64,000 nucleotides of DNA. Origin: Tubiluchus corallicola (taxonomy: Eukaryota > Animalia > Priapulida). Below are positions 1-28,905 of this stretch, one piece after another. Location: NCBI GenBank assembly GCA_030141605.1, contig JAQGDQ010000600.1, forward strand, positions 1-64,000, read 5' to 3'. The notes under the pieces were generated by a model that worked only from the letters and a program-made list of their open reading frames with translations, was not told the DNA's origin and did not search any database. Position 1 is the first letter of the stretch. Each line of letters starts with the position of its first letter. Position numbers and translations under genes: made by a program.

Positions 1-728
1 AGGACTATTCAACTTTTTAATTTCTTTGCCAGTTCTAGACGAAATGTTCACATAATAATAAGAATGATATTCATAATTCAGTATCATGACAAAAGCACAA
101 ATAAATGGGACCTATTAATAACAGAAAGTTGAACTATGTGCAGTGATAATTCTTCTCTAAATGTGTAAACTAGTTTAACATGATTCGTACTTTTCAGCTC
201 ATTTCCGATTTTGGCGAAAACTACATCAAAGTGAATTAATCCTTTTCTATTTAACATGTATTCCTTTTCAGTGCCTGCATTAAAGCATTGACGTTCACTG
301 CAGTGGCGCGCTCTACTGTTGACGACGTTAATTTCTTGTATAAGTTGAACCAAACAATTTTCTTCAAGGGTTTTAAAGGTTTCAACATTTTTCGAATGAG
401 TTTTCTAAACTCTAAAAAATCAACAGGTTTTTGGAAATGATTTTGCAAAATCAAATAATGCTTCAAATTAAAAGTCATTAGAACAAAAATGTTTTAAGTA
501 GATGAAAAATCTCTTTATTATAAATGTCGGTCAAAAACAAAACAAAAATTTCATAAAAATTAAATAATTGTAAGAATAATCGACTTTATTTTCAAGTTCA
601 GTAACTGTGTAGGACTTAGTACAAAGGACTTAGTAAAGAAATAATCAAGATATATTAATTTTATATTATTTGCAAATAAATACAACAATTATGCATAATA
701 AAATAAATAAAAATTTATATAAATATCT

Positions 729-933
729 TATGTCTATAGTCTACATTCATTTATGTCTATGGTCTACATTCATTTATGTCTATGGTCTACATTCATTTAT
801 GTCTATAGTCTACATTCATTTATGTCTATGGTCTACATTCATTTATGTGTATGGTCTACATTCATTTATGTCTATGGTCTACATTCATTTATGTCTATGG
901 TCTACGTTCATTTATGTCTATGGTCTACATTCA

Positions 934-935
<2 letters not shown>
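729..935. repeat. 22-bp minisatellite (TATGTCTATGGTCTACATTCATT-like), ~9 copies, immediately after the stop codon of the cytokine-like gene
   Basis: Direct tandem periodicity of 22 nt. Confidence 0.9.
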
Positions 936-5331
<4,396 letters not shown>

Positions 5332-6529
5332 CTGTTGAAAAAAAGATTTAAACTCACATAAGCTAATGAAAATTAAGCAACTTTAGAATGGTTATTTTTT
5401 AGATTTAATACCTATAGGTAATTTGCTTTCTAATATATCATATTTGCATATTATATAAGACGAGTCGTTTGACGAAAGTGTCCAAGTGTCCATTCCTGTA
5501 GCAAATAGTGCAAACGAAACATTAATCAATGTCAAAAACCACTTGTTTTTTACTCGTGTTTGTCTTATAAATATGTGTGTTCAGTTTACCTATGATATTA
5601 AGAACGAGTCCGCGAGAGCACCATGCAGGGGGTGGCACATGAGGGGTGACGAATTTATATCATTTTTTTCCAACATGAAGGGCGAACCACTGCGGGGCTA
5701 CAGAACTTCCGGTTTTCATGTGTGTGTTGACCGTCATCCTCACTAATAATATAAAAAAGAAAATTCGCTGGAGCCTGTTTCAGTATTTAGTATTGGCACT
5801 TTAAAATTTTACAAAAATCAGCAAAATTCGCTTTTTGTAGTTTTTCAATATTTTTTTCTATCTATATGCTGGATTATAAGTAACAAATCTGTATTCTAAA
5901 TTTCATGAAAACGCACGAGTTGAGATAATATCATGAATGTCCGAATTTTCATATGACTACAAATATGATTAATTGCCTCTTCTGATGGATTTCTGGACAG
6001 GACATCATGCATGCCCCTAGTACCGAGTCCGACCCTGATTCAGGGCATTCTCTACACACTGAATCGCTAGCGCATACCAGGAAAGACTAAACAATAAGCC
6101 CTCTAATAGAAAAGAAGTACCGATTGTTAAGATTGAGAGTCATTGCTAGCGAAAGAATCTGACAACACTTGGCATATACATGTAAATTAGAAATTCGTTC
6201 ATTTTTATACATATGTTGATTTTTTATACTTTTTATATGAATAAGCTTCATGGCTATACATAGAAGATTATGAATATCAGTACAAAAATGAAAAACTACA
6301 AAACTCAGTCAGAATTAATTTCTCCAAAATATTAAGTCCAAAATACTCTTAGCAGCATAATCCTATCACTGAAGAGTAGTACAAGTAATCAAAACCATAA
6401 TATCTAAATAATAGAGAAAGAATTATCGATGCAGGTAGATTATCCCTAGAAGATAGATATAGAAATATAGACAAATATATCATGGGGAAAGTGATAAAGT
6501 GAAAATCTTACAGTCTAAACATGAGACAA

Positions 6530-6826
6530 TATAAGCGTATGGGCCGCTTCTAGGGGATGGCGGTGACATTTAGCTCAGAAAATTTTTCTTCGCCCAAAAT
6601 TTATTTGTGACACAAAATCGATACTTCTGACAAAAAATATTAATAGTGCGATTGAATGATTGCGCCAATGGCACAAAAATTTTCAATGTTTTACAGTCAA
6701 AAAATCACCGGACAAATGATATTTTGGGGGAAGTCTGTCCCATATTTTTTGGGCTTTCGCTCAGATTTGGGGCAATTTTCTTTGTGTCCTGCCTTGTACG
6801 CCTATGTAAGACAATGAGTAATAACT
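6530..6826. mobile_element. hAT-like MITE
   Basis: Imperfect TIRs TATAAGCGTAT ... GTACGCCTATG; flanks TGAGACAA / TAAGACAA (8-bp TSD with one mismatch). Confidence 0.5.
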
Positions 6827-6876
6827 AGGTAATAACCTGTATATAACATTTACAAAGCATAGAAAATAAACAGTAC

Positions 6877-6931
6877 ATAAAACTATTTCCAGTCCTTGCA
6901 AGAAGCAATTTCCATTCCGTAGATATTTCAT
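6877..6931 (-). CDS. Candidate first coding exon of the cytokine-like gene (MKYLRNGNCFLQGLEIVL, phase 1)
   Basis: ATG in an AAAAATG context; 55 nt ending in phase 1 as exon 5331-5162 requires; the donor GTACTG is weak. Confidence 0.35.
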
Positions 6932-7081
6932 TTTTTTGAAGATGGAAGTGCTATAAATGCGGTCCAGTGTCTTTAGTACAGGCTAATAGATTCACAATAT
7001 TCGTTTCGTGCGGATAACTAGTCAGAATACCGCATTTAACGCTGGTAAACAGCCCAGAAAACGAACATTTTAGTTCAGCAG

Positions 7082-7097
7082 TGGCCGCCATCTTGAA
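7082..7097 (-). promoter_or_regulatory. YY1-type motif (CAAGATGGCGGC) in the putative 5' region of the cytokine-like gene
   Basis: Exact AAGATGGCGGC on the minus strand ~150 nt upstream of the candidate ATG; could also be repeat-derived. Confidence 0.3.
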
Positions 7098-8312
7098 TGC
7101 TGGAATCCAATCCTGTCGGTAGTTTAACCAATGTGATGGCCAGGCCCCTAGTTGCCAAAGATGAATATTTACGACGTTTTGAAGTATTTTGACAAGATTT
7201 GACAACTCATGTTTATCTACACGAAGCTTTTTGAAGAACGTTGTTACCTATATTTTCACCCTGATATATGCCTCTTTCACGGGTCATTTATAATAGGGTG
7301 GAAATTCGCTCCATCGAAATTGTCACTACAGCATAGTGGGATGGGATGCTCTATTCACATACATATCGATATTTTTGTCCCCGCCCCCGCAGTGGGCGAG
7401 ATATAAGACTTTGAAATGGCTGAGTATTTGCATCTTGTGCGTAATGCGAGCTTAAAGACCCCCAGTAGAGCCGAAAGAGGGGGGGGTTGGGACAAAAGTC
7501 GAAATGTCATTTTGGAGAAGGTAACAAGATCCAATACTGTGCAGAGTCAGATCTATTCAAACTCAGTGGTTGCTGTATGGCTAATCCTTCAAATATGAGT
7601 AAAAAATAGAGAAAAATAGGTATTTTTTCATGAAAATCGGCCTATGCCGTACCTCTGCTACTATGAGGAGTTGGACCAAACGGATTCACATAGTGAATAC
7701 TAGTGACTAGTGGACCTCATACCTGAACTTTGGTCCGAATCGGTTACCTAGCCTTGTGCCGGAATTTTTCGATTTTGCATGGTCTTCTCGCGGACGCGTT
7801 CTTAAGTCTTTACAGCATATTATGTAAGGCGGGTCGTTTGACGAAAGTTTGCGAAAAACATCCATAAATAAAATTTTCAAATGTATCAATAGATGTTCAG
7901 CTAATACATCAATTCAGCATTATTATTTTAACTTACTATGACATCTCATATCTTAGCAAATGAAATATTAAAACTAAAGAACAACGAGAGTTTCGAGAGA
8001 ATATTTTGAAATGATGTTCAACTTCGAGCTGTCATCATATTTATAGGCACCCCATGGGCTATTTTTTGACAAATGGCTATAATATCGGTAAATTCCCTTG
8101 TAATACGTCAAGCGATGCAATGCACGCGTACTTTGGGAATTCCACATGTATGCAGTGCTGTACATACGTAATAACTTTCTCACTATACGGATAATATAGG
8201 TCTACGTGTAGATCATGAGTCGTGACAAGTATGTGCATTCCTCCCGGCTATTCCGTTCCGATTTGCGTCTTAGAGTGGATTTGAAAAACTAACTAACTGA
8301 CTAGTAAGAGTG

Positions 8313-8530
8313 CACTGCAGTTGCTGTTGTTGCTGCTGCTGCTGCAATTGTTGTTGCTGTGTTGTTGTCATTGTTATTATTGTCACTGTTGCTGCTGATA
8401 TTTCCGTTGTTGTTGTTGTTGTTGTTGCTATGTTTCTGCTAATGTTGCTGTTTTTACTATCGTTGCTGCTAATGTTGTTGTTGTTGTTGTTGTTATAGTA
8501 GCTGTCATTGCCGCTGTCCTGCTGTGCCAC
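8313..8530. repeat. (TTG/CTG)n low-complexity tract
   Basis: Directly visible. Confidence 0.85.
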
Positions 8531-10160
8531 TGTTGGCATATTTTGTCATAGTATCTTAAATGTCAGGATTGGGCTTTAATTTACATTAAACAAAGGTTAG
8601 TTACGTTAGAAATATAAAACTATGTAGTTATACCTACGTGCAGAAAGCTTAAAACTAAATTAAACCGAAATCCAAAACTTATAAATTATGAATTTTAATT
8701 TTGAATATTTTGAAAATGAGTTCAATTTATTGGAATAACAAGTTAACAATTTGTAGTATTAGAACTATAACAGGAAAGCGGAAGTACTGTGACGTACGCC
8801 GGAAATTGTGTGATAATTTGAGGCCCATCACGTGAATCGTACGTGATAGTGCTTCAGAACTCCTTTCCGTGTTTTGTGTTACAATTATTTTAAGTTTTGC
8901 GAAGCTTATAATGCTTCCCTATTCTTGTCAATGGATGTCACTGCTTTGAGCACAACGCATTACGTTCAGCTCTGTTTACATCGTTGGTTTTGTCATCATT
9001 TAAGATGCTTATCGAGCTAGCGAAAGCTGATGTAACTAATATTTTAACTGATGCACTAGCTAGGCTAGCAGCCCAACACACCCCCATCCAGTTAATGCTG
9101 TTCTTGAAGAGAAATCTCTGCTAGCTAAATTACCATACATAGATAGTCTTTGTTACATTCAATGTTACTTTGAATTTGAATTGAATATGAAATAAATTGT
9201 TTTTTAGGCAATTTTGATGCCAAAATTTAGATTAAAACAAGTAGATTAAAGATTAAGATTAACATTTAGATCAAATTTAGATTAAGATTTAGATTAATTT
9301 AGATTAGTACAAATCTTTGTCATAACTAATAATAGCTGTTCTAATCCTTAAGTTTAACACTTAGCAGAATTACTCTATTAAACAATAAAATATCTAACAT
9401 TTAAATCATAATTTAAAAAAAAGTTTAACTATATTATTTTTAAATCACACACTCGTGGCAACGCGGTAACCACAGAGCGATATGGAGCATTGCCCGTCTG
9501 TTGCCTATACGAGGTAGCTACGTATACTCGTTTTATTTTTGGAAGATCAAAAATAGATAAAATCAAAAAATTTAGAAGTTATTTTCGACACTTTACCTGG
9601 TATGCTTCGGCACTCCATGAATTATTATAGAATATCTGTTTCACATTTTGCCTGCAACATACGTAAAAATAAACATAAACTTAACTGTAAAATAATTTTT
9701 CCTCTTCGTTTAAGGAGTAAAGGCTGGATGTCAGCGCAATTATTCAATGTTTGCGTAAGTTGAATTACTTTATTTCAGCGTAAAATTACATTACGCTACA
9801 GTAAAATACTACAATAAAAACTACATAAAAAGTACTACTGTATGCAATACATACAGCAAATAAACGTTCTTTTGTACCACGTTCGACGATTATTATTTAA
9901 AAACAGTGAATTGTTACACGTCTTAAAATAACGAGATTGTATAATTCGTTCTACGTTGACAAAAGTTAGTAGATGCTTATTGTTCGCCAGTTCTAGTAAT
10001 CGTTTTCTAATACTGTAACAGGCGTTCTTACGAAGGTACGAAAATGTGGTAATGATAAATTTACACGAATTACAATCATAATTTTTCACAATAATTTTGA
10101 ACAGCTTCCTGACACCATCATTTATGCAACGCGTATTTTGTTAAAGACGGTACTGTCATT

Positions 10161-10580
10161 CAGGGCCTATTTCAGCCTAAGCGAGGCCCGGGGAAGTGGG
10201 GGCGTGTGAGGCCTCCTGGGGGGGGGGGGGGGTCAAAGCACCGGGGCGGGGCGGGCGCTACCATGGTTGGTGCCCAGAAAATTTTTGAACTGCTAGAACG
10301 CCGGAGAAGCATTTTCGAAGAGAAAATATGGAGTTGTACAGTTGTTAAAGGAAAGAACAATTGAAAGAAAAACTGCTTTATTCTCAAAACCAGTCCTTAA
10401 TACTTGTCAATACTGGCAAATGGCGCGCGTGCGGCAAGAGAGAGAGAGAGAGAGAGAGGGAGAGAGGAGGCAGTATGTTCGCATAAACCAAAAAAAGTTA
10501 CCTTAGCGCGAGGCCTCCCTGGAGGGTGAGGCCCCGGGGAAGTATCCCCGCTTCCCCCCCCCCCCCTGAAATAGGAACTG
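10161..10580. mobile_element. hAT-superfamily non-autonomous DNA transposon (MITE)
   Basis: TIRs CAGGGCCTATTTCAG / CTGAAATAGGAACTG; perfect 8-bp TSD CTGTCATT at 10153-10160 and 10581-10588; G/C runs near the ends. Confidence 0.85.
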
Positions 10581-11119
10581 CTGTCATTACTCGTTAAAAT
10601 TACAACAATAACTCTTAAAAAGATGCAATTTAACATCAAGAAAGCACAACGAAACGTATCTAATTAATGAGTTAATATGTACATATATATATATATAAGA
10701 GATGCGTTTGATTTTTAATATCTGCATTGTCACATAAATCAAAGCAAATTACATGGCCTAAATATTTTTCTTGTTGATAACGGACATTATCTGTTAAGCC
10801 AAGGAAACGGTTCCTGTAAATGTTATTTAGACTACGTGGGGGGATTTTTCATACATTTATTTTACGTATAGTTGAAGTGAATATTATGGCAAAATCATTT
10901 TAACAATCCAAGAGTTCTTGTAATACAAATATAGAGGATGCTAACAAAATGATATCAGCTTCATGAATATAATATGAATCAGTAGGTAATTTGCAATACG
11001 ACAATCATTCATGTTGCAGCTTCAAATGTTTTGGTCCATTACCGAAAATGAAAATTGCCGAAAATAGAACATTTTTTTAACCAGTCGGTACTCCTCTCAG
11101 TGGACTTGTACTAAAATAT

Positions 11120-12344
11120 AGCCCACGTCATCGTGTAGTCCTGTTTTTCCTCTTTCTAAAGTGCCATATATCTCCTTCCGAGAGTCCCATCAGGCGCCGC
11201 TAGAACGTTTTTTCTGCAAGCTGTTTAGTCAAAATTTCGAAAAAATCGCGTGTTGTGTCCGGGAAAACGCCCGTTGCGGGACGCCGTGGCCCTCTCGCGA
11301 ATTCTAAATACGCCTATGACACCCACCGCTGAACGGGCTATCTATCCATAGCCAGCACCACCCATGGCCCGTTCCCGTTCTCCAGATCTCAGACGTATAA
11401 CTTTTGCAAAAAAGGGTCGAAAATGGCCATTTTTGGAGTTTTTTCGCCCGCCGTTCGTCCCGGTGGGCCGGATTCAAAAAATAAACCCCCAATGGCACGA
11501 CACTAGATCGAGACCCCCATGTATGCCACCCACCCTACACCACAACCCACACCACACCATCAATACCACACCACTCTACCCACACCGCTCCACCAATACC
11601 TCACATACCTTACCACCCCACCACATCATCCACAGCACAACACCCACTGCACACCATTCACAGGACACCCACCACATCACATGGTGATGATGATGTCGAC
11701 ATCAACAACGACAACCTACAGCACCAACACCAACAGCACTGCATCATAGTAAAACCATGCAAAACAATTTTGTGCAAAGTCGATACTGTGTGCTATAGCA
11801 AATGCTGTTACCACCCATCCACCCTTGATCAATAATGCACGGAAATTCTACACAATTTTGCTTACTGCTTCCTGGATTATAATAGGCTCACAGATATAAT
11901 TTGCAAGTACAGTCTATGACACAGTATAGAACAGCGGATGAGAACAATGCCTAGAACAGCAGCGAAATTTCTTAAACTCAAAGACAACGGATGTTTCAAA
12001 TGGCAGCACAGGGGTAGAAAAAGAACTTCGAAATACACCCTGTTTCGTCTAGTATACATCTCTCCGAGTGAAACTATAAACACTTTGTAAACCGTTTCGT
12101 CCTCATCTGCGAGTTTATTTTTTCTCAACTTTTTTAATAGTTGCACAAATCAAGCAAATCGCCATTTTTGGAGGTTTTTCGCCCCCCGTTCCTCTCGGTG
12201 GGCCCGATTCGAAAAATAAATCCCCTATGGCACGACACTTTACCGAGACCTTTCGTTTGATGAATAGATCGCCGCAAATGGTGCCGTCGTCGGAGCTGTA
12301 GCCTCGAATCTTATATGCTCTTTCTCTTTCTCCCTCCCTCTCTT

Positions 12345-12416
<72 letters not shown>

Positions 12417-12431
12417 CTCTTGCTTTCTCTC

Positions 12432-12472
<41 letters not shown>

Positions 12473-12475
12473 CTT

Positions 12476-12506
<31 letters not shown>

Positions 12507-12510
12507 ATTG

Positions 12511-12564
<54 letters not shown>

Positions 12565-12568
12565 ATTT

Positions 12569-12613
<45 letters not shown>

Positions 12614-12614
12614 C

Positions 12615-12645
<31 letters not shown>

Positions 12646-12650
12646 TCTTG

Positions 12651-12720
<70 letters not shown>

Positions 12721-12801
12721 TCCCCCTCTCTCTCTCTCTCTCTTCCCCTCTCTCTTTCTCTTTTTCTTTCCTGCTCTTTTTCTGTCTCTTTCTTTCTCTC
12801 C

Positions 12802-12893
<92 letters not shown>

Positions 12894-12920
12894 TCTCTCT
12901 CCTCTCTTTCTCTATCTCTG

Positions 12921-12976
<56 letters not shown>

Positions 12977-13215
12977 CTTCCCCCCCTCTCTCTCTCTCTC
13001 TTGCTTTCTCTCTCTCTCTTTCTCTCTCTCTCTCTCCTTCCAGAACGTTTTTCTGCAGGCTGTTTTTCCAAAATTTCGAAAAAAGCCGGAGTTGGGTCCG
13101 GGAAACGCCCGTTATGGGACGCCGTGGCCCTCTCGCGAATTCTAAATGTGCCTACTACGCCCACCGCTGAGCGGGCTACCTATCAATAGCCAGCACCACC
13201 CATGGCCCGTTCCCA
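11120..13215 (+). mobile_element. Rearranged or tandem copies of an interspersed repeat family interrupted by CAC-rich and (CT)n tracts
   Basis: 11200-11375 is repeated at 13040-13215; 11420-11520 is repeated at 12160-12250; inverted copy at 2040-2262. Confidence 0.65.
12318..13038. repeat. ~720-bp imperfect (CT)n microsatellite
   Basis: Directly visible. Confidence 0.95.
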
Positions 13216-15018
13216 AACGATACACGAACAATATTATTATTGTAAAAGCTATATATTTGCTTTAATTTTAATTTTAAATGCATAATACTAAATCTACCTA
13301 CAACCGTTTTTTCTCAACTCATTTACTTACTTGTCGATCACTACTGTTTGCTAATTATTATTTTTTTGCTAAATTATTGAGGTTACTATTTTCTTGTTTT
13401 TCGATTTTTGTACCTTATAAAATAAATTCATTTCGGGTTTATCGCTGCAAATCAAAGCCGTACTGCCGTTTTTGTTAATATTGGTCTGAGCGCATCCCCA
13501 AATACTTTTAACATTTAAAATGTACTTGGTAAAAACCGTAAGTTGTTAAAATACGATCAAACCAAGACGAACTGTTATAGGCAGAATTTTAAAAAAGTAA
13601 TTTTGTTGAAAGAGCCGGGTTGGCTTCAATAAGATTATTAAGGCCAGTGTGAACCTGACTTAATAAATTTTAATTTTGTAGTCAAGGTGGCTCCATCTAG
13701 CTGGAAAGTTTAAAGTGTGGGCATTGACCCAGTTATGTTTCATTATGCTGTTCTGTAGTGTATGTGAACATGTTTCTTGTGCAAGCTAGCGAAATTTTTC
13801 ATTAGATATATGCTGCAACGATGTAAGTTTATTTCTATTAATTTTTATTATGTTTTATTCACTGATATTTTTTAAATGACTAAATAGCTGTCAGTCTAAC
13901 TAAACTATGTAACTTTTCATAAAATGAGCTAATGTCTGTCACTTTTGCTTTTCTATTTTAATTTTTAAATATTACAGAAATAAAGATCAGTGGTTTACAT
14001 GAATTCAACTGAGATTTTTGAAGATTTGTCATAAATGCCTCTCAAAGACGCTAACAAAGAAAACTTGCAAAGAATGTTTACTGATTACCAATTGCATAAC
14101 TGGGACTAGTGGGTTATGCTGCTAAAATACTCCATAATGGTCCTAAGAAATCATTGCATTCTTCTAGGTTGTCACTCACCTGGATAAGCAAATAACAATG
14201 TTACAGATTATTAAAAATGTTCATTGTCATCTGGCTCTATAATATTGAAAGTTTACATTGAAATTCTTCCACCATAAATAGACTAAACCGTTCTTAAACT
14301 GACTGGGGATGCACCTTGCCGTTAAATTCGGGGTGAATTGTGTTTAAGAAACGGAGATTTTCTTTATTATAACATTAGCTCTTGTGAGCATGTCAAATCA
14401 TATTTTCACAAAGTTCAAAATTAATAGACAAACATATAGGGTTTCTTACAAAATTTCGTTAAAACTACCAACCTTTCAAGTCGTTAAAAGTTTTTTTTGC
14501 CATAATCTGTGTTGTGGTTATGCAACTATGGTCGCATTAATAATTGAAAGTTCCACTGCCCAATGACTTGTTATGAACAAATGGCAGCGCCAGTACATCG
14601 TCTGGTCAGGCGTTGTCAACCATCAGTTTGTCTTTTTCAGAAAGCTTTCACGCTATGACAAAGGAACTGTATTCCTCGTATATATGGTATTTATGTTATA
14701 CATTTGTGCAAAAAACATGCTGCTGTTAGTTTACTGATTACGCTTTAGAGCACTACTGGTTGTGATATGTTAGCTCTGCACGCGTTATTGGCTAATATTG
14801 CTTGTGGTGTTTTAGATCTACAATCATAGAATCAACTTTTACTGCAAGCACAGCAGCTGACAGTTCTAGGCGTGGCAAAGTGACTTTCTTTAAGGGGGTC
14901 AGTCTTGTTTTACTCAACACAAATGTACAGACGATATCTCCTGTAGCATTTGCTGATCTGATTTGAAGATATGATACAGTTCCAAGGGCTCTTTCGGATG
15001 CATCTGAGAAATGATGAA

Positions 15019-15181
<163 letters not shown>

Positions 15182-16887
15182 CAATCCGTTTTACCATAGA
15201 TTTTAACTTCTATTGTGAAGAGTTTTACCTATTTATGCAAGGACGAAGCATCTGCGCTGTGTCTTGCCTTCAAAATCTTCAAACTTTCAATTCATTTCAC
15301 AGCACCTTAATTCTTAAAACTGACTATTTTGCAAAAGCCTAGAGCAGGTAAGCAGAACAGTTCAGAATGATCCTGAACTGTTCTGCTTGCTAAACTAAAA
15401 AAAAATAAAAAATAAAAAATGTAAAAAGCTGAGGTATTAATTAGGGCCGACTTAGTTGCCTCTATTTTCCAGTTTGATTTAAAAAAATAAAATAATTGCT
15501 TCAAATTATCAAATTAATATATCCTGGAGCATATAATTTGCGTATGTATTTTGGATTATTAATGTAGTATGAATTCTTTAAATATACATTAAAACATTAA
15601 AGTACACAAAAATAATCTCATATTTAGAAATATGGTTCCACTTAAATTTGACTGTTAATGATACATAGACAGAAAATAACTTGCCAGATATTAACTAATC
15701 ACGATACCTAGCATTAATACAGTTTAATTACATATCCATGTTGCTAATAAGTGAAAATTGAAACAAAGTAACTATTTTTTATGCATATCTTTCTAAAATA
15801 TGCATAATATGCAAAATATGCAAACTTTGATTTCATTTCGCGCCGAGGCAAATGCAGAGATATCATTCTAAGCAGAATGAGCACAGCAGCTATAGAGGCG
15901 TTTGGAGGGGAGGTCAAACTAACGCGGAATCAGAGGTAACTTTTACTTTAACAGCAATTGCAGGGACAGCAACTTATTGCACTGAAATAAGTCAATAAGA
16001 AAAATTCAAATTTTTTTTCTGTAACCTGATCATTTTCAAGGAAACTCTTGATAAAAAATTGAATCTAGTAGTAACGACAGTGATGGTAGGCTGATTGTTT
16101 GTCTATCCATCTATTGCTTCGTCTTTCCATCCTGTTCTTCGTTCTATCCGTCTGTGTGTCTGTCTGTTTGTCTGCTGATCTGTCTGTCTCCGTCTTGGTG
16201 TCTTTTTTGCTGTTTGCTAATGATTTGCGAGATGGAATGCACTGTAGCACAACACAGTTGTATGCAAGCATTATTTGAGAATTAAAATTATAAACCGTTT
16301 TAGTGGGGTCAATTTTCTTCTTCTTCTTCTTATTCTGTTCCGCTCTTCTGTCCGTTACCACAGTGTCTTACTGCCTAAATACCTACTGCCCAACAATCCA
16401 CAGCTCAAAGGAACACTGCTCAGGGATCCACAACCCAACTGTCCACTCCACTACCTAAGTTTACAATGCTCAAAGTATCCACTGGTCAAGTGACCTAGAA
16501 ACAAGTTTATATCTGACCGTTTGGGTCGAAATGATTTTTTGTGCTTGTGAAACTTCAGAGTTGCTTCCGTCAAGACATACAGTAGACTAAGTTAATTTGC
16601 AATCCAACATGACTGTTTATTTTACAATACATTGTAAAGTCATTCTTGTTCTTTACTTTACAAATTAAAAAATACAAACAAGTTGTTAACATAATTTTAA
16701 CAATTCTACATAATCAAAGTAAACAAAATAAATAACTTAACTTGTGAGATGTGTGCTGTACTTTGTATAACAATTAAGATTACTTACAATAATTATTAGT
16801 ATACGTTCTTATTGTAATAATACAACGTAAGTTAGCAATTATCGAAGGTAATTATCGATACTTTACGTTAGCAATTATCGATTACAC

Positions 16888-17220
16888 ATTATTACGTCAC
16901 TCAATGCCATTACTACGTCACTCAATGCCATTACTACGTCACTCAATACCATTGCTACGTCACTCAGTACCATTACTACGTCACTCAATACCCTTGCTAT
17001 GTCACTCAATACCATTGCTACGTAACTCAGTACCATTACTACGTCACTCAATACCATTGCTATGTCACTCAATACCATTGCTACGTCATTCAATGCCATT
17101 ACTACGTCCACTCATTGCTATTATTACGTCACTCAATACCATTACTACATCATTCTATACCATTGCTACGTCACTCAATGCCATTATTACATCACTCATT
17201 GCCATTATTACGTCACTCAT
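16888..17220. repeat. 21-bp minisatellite (CATTACTACGTCACTCAATGC-like), ~15 copies
   Basis: Periodicity of 21 nt; paralogous array at 33145-33350. Confidence 0.9.
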
Positions 17221-18142
17221 AACTCAGTTTTTATGCTTTTCAAAATTCTAATAACAATATTATGACAAAATAATTAATAACATTTTTATTATGCATTATG
17301 TAGAAGCAGGTAAAAAATATTTTGGGGACGTATATGCAATAAACTCACACGCATACATCAGACTTTTAAAAAAATGCCATTTTACTGTAAAGGAAAGGTC
17401 AAGTCTTCTGTGAAGTTAGGTTTAATTCAATGTTCGCGAAAAATGTTAGAAGAAATTAGTAATAAAACTGCAATAAGCGTCTCGTGTAATTAGTAAAATT
17501 ACTTTAAAGTCGCGATCACTTCATACTTGGACGCTCTAATTTTCAATGCCCATTCTTCTTGCCATTCATTCGTCTTGAAGAAAAGTAGCGCACTGTCAAT
17601 CTTTATCAAAAGCATAATAAATTTTAGGTAGCTAATTTTGTAATGTTTTTGCGTGAAAGCTTAGGTAACTGCTTAATAACCTGCTTAGGTAAGCTGCAAA
17701 AGTTTGGATTAGTTTAAGCATCGCGTGCTTACGAGAGTGAACCAGTCGCGCCATGATTTTCAAGTGAATAGCAGTAACCACCGTGGCTGAGAATTTGAAT
17801 TTACGCTTTATAGATGTATTTACGTTTTTTTTTTGCAAATTTCTTTGTTATATTTTTCTAAGTTTAAGTCATAGCAGTAAAATAAACCCAAGCCCAACAT
17901 GCCGAGTGACTTGTTCTTTCGTTTAATACTCGAAACTTAGAACTTCACGTGCGTCTGCAAGATTCCCCCAGCAAAACTGTGAAAGACTGTTCTTCCCTTT
18001 TGATTATATGTATATCGTTCGTAAGTAATGATATTGTACTGCTTATGTATCTCAAGGTAAATCGAATTGTTAAAATTGATATCCGTATTAAAGCCTTAAA
18101 TTGGTATGTATACATTATTGTATTCAACAATGATACTTTGAT

Positions 18143-28453
<10,311 letters not shown>

Positions 28454-28705
28454 AGAATTTATCTTGAAAGCTCTGCAATAAAGTAAGCAATAATAATTAA
28501 AATGCAGCACAATCATAACGAATCAAATCGATTATCGCTACAATAATGATTGTGGCTAATGATATACTTAGTAACACATGCATTACATGATCTTCATTGG
28601 AAAACACACCTTTTGATTAGAAATTTCTTACTAAATGTTGCTACGGTGATTTTATAGAATCTTCTTACCAGTAGGCCTACTGTTTCGAAGGAATAAAATG
28701 CAATG

Positions 28706-28905
28706 TGATAATAATAACAACAACAACAACAACAACAACGACAGTAGCAGCGGCAACATAAACAATAACAACAACAACAACAGCAGCAGAAACAACAACA
28801 ACATAAACGAACAACAACAACAACATCAACACAACAACAACAACAGAAGCAACAACAACAACACCATAAACAAACAACAACACAACAACAACAATAAAAT
28901 AATAA
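28706..28905. repeat. (AAC)n-rich tract (expanded paralog 42765-43210)
   Basis: Directly visible. Confidence 0.9.

Noticed and set aside
84-478. Two short overlapping minus-strand ORFs
   Set aside because: No recognisable motif or splice structure; possibly decayed transposon sequence.
6951-7205. 84-aa ORF as an exon of the cytokine-like gene
   Set aside because: Ends in a stop with no usable donor and has no recognisable motif; more likely 5' UTR or promoter sequence.
12315-13189. Long LS/RE-repeat ORFs
   Set aside because: Translation of a (CT)n microsatellite.
13500-14300. Coding-like stretch, possibly a decayed DNA-transposon gene
   Set aside because: Multiple stops in all frames and no motif I can name with confidence.
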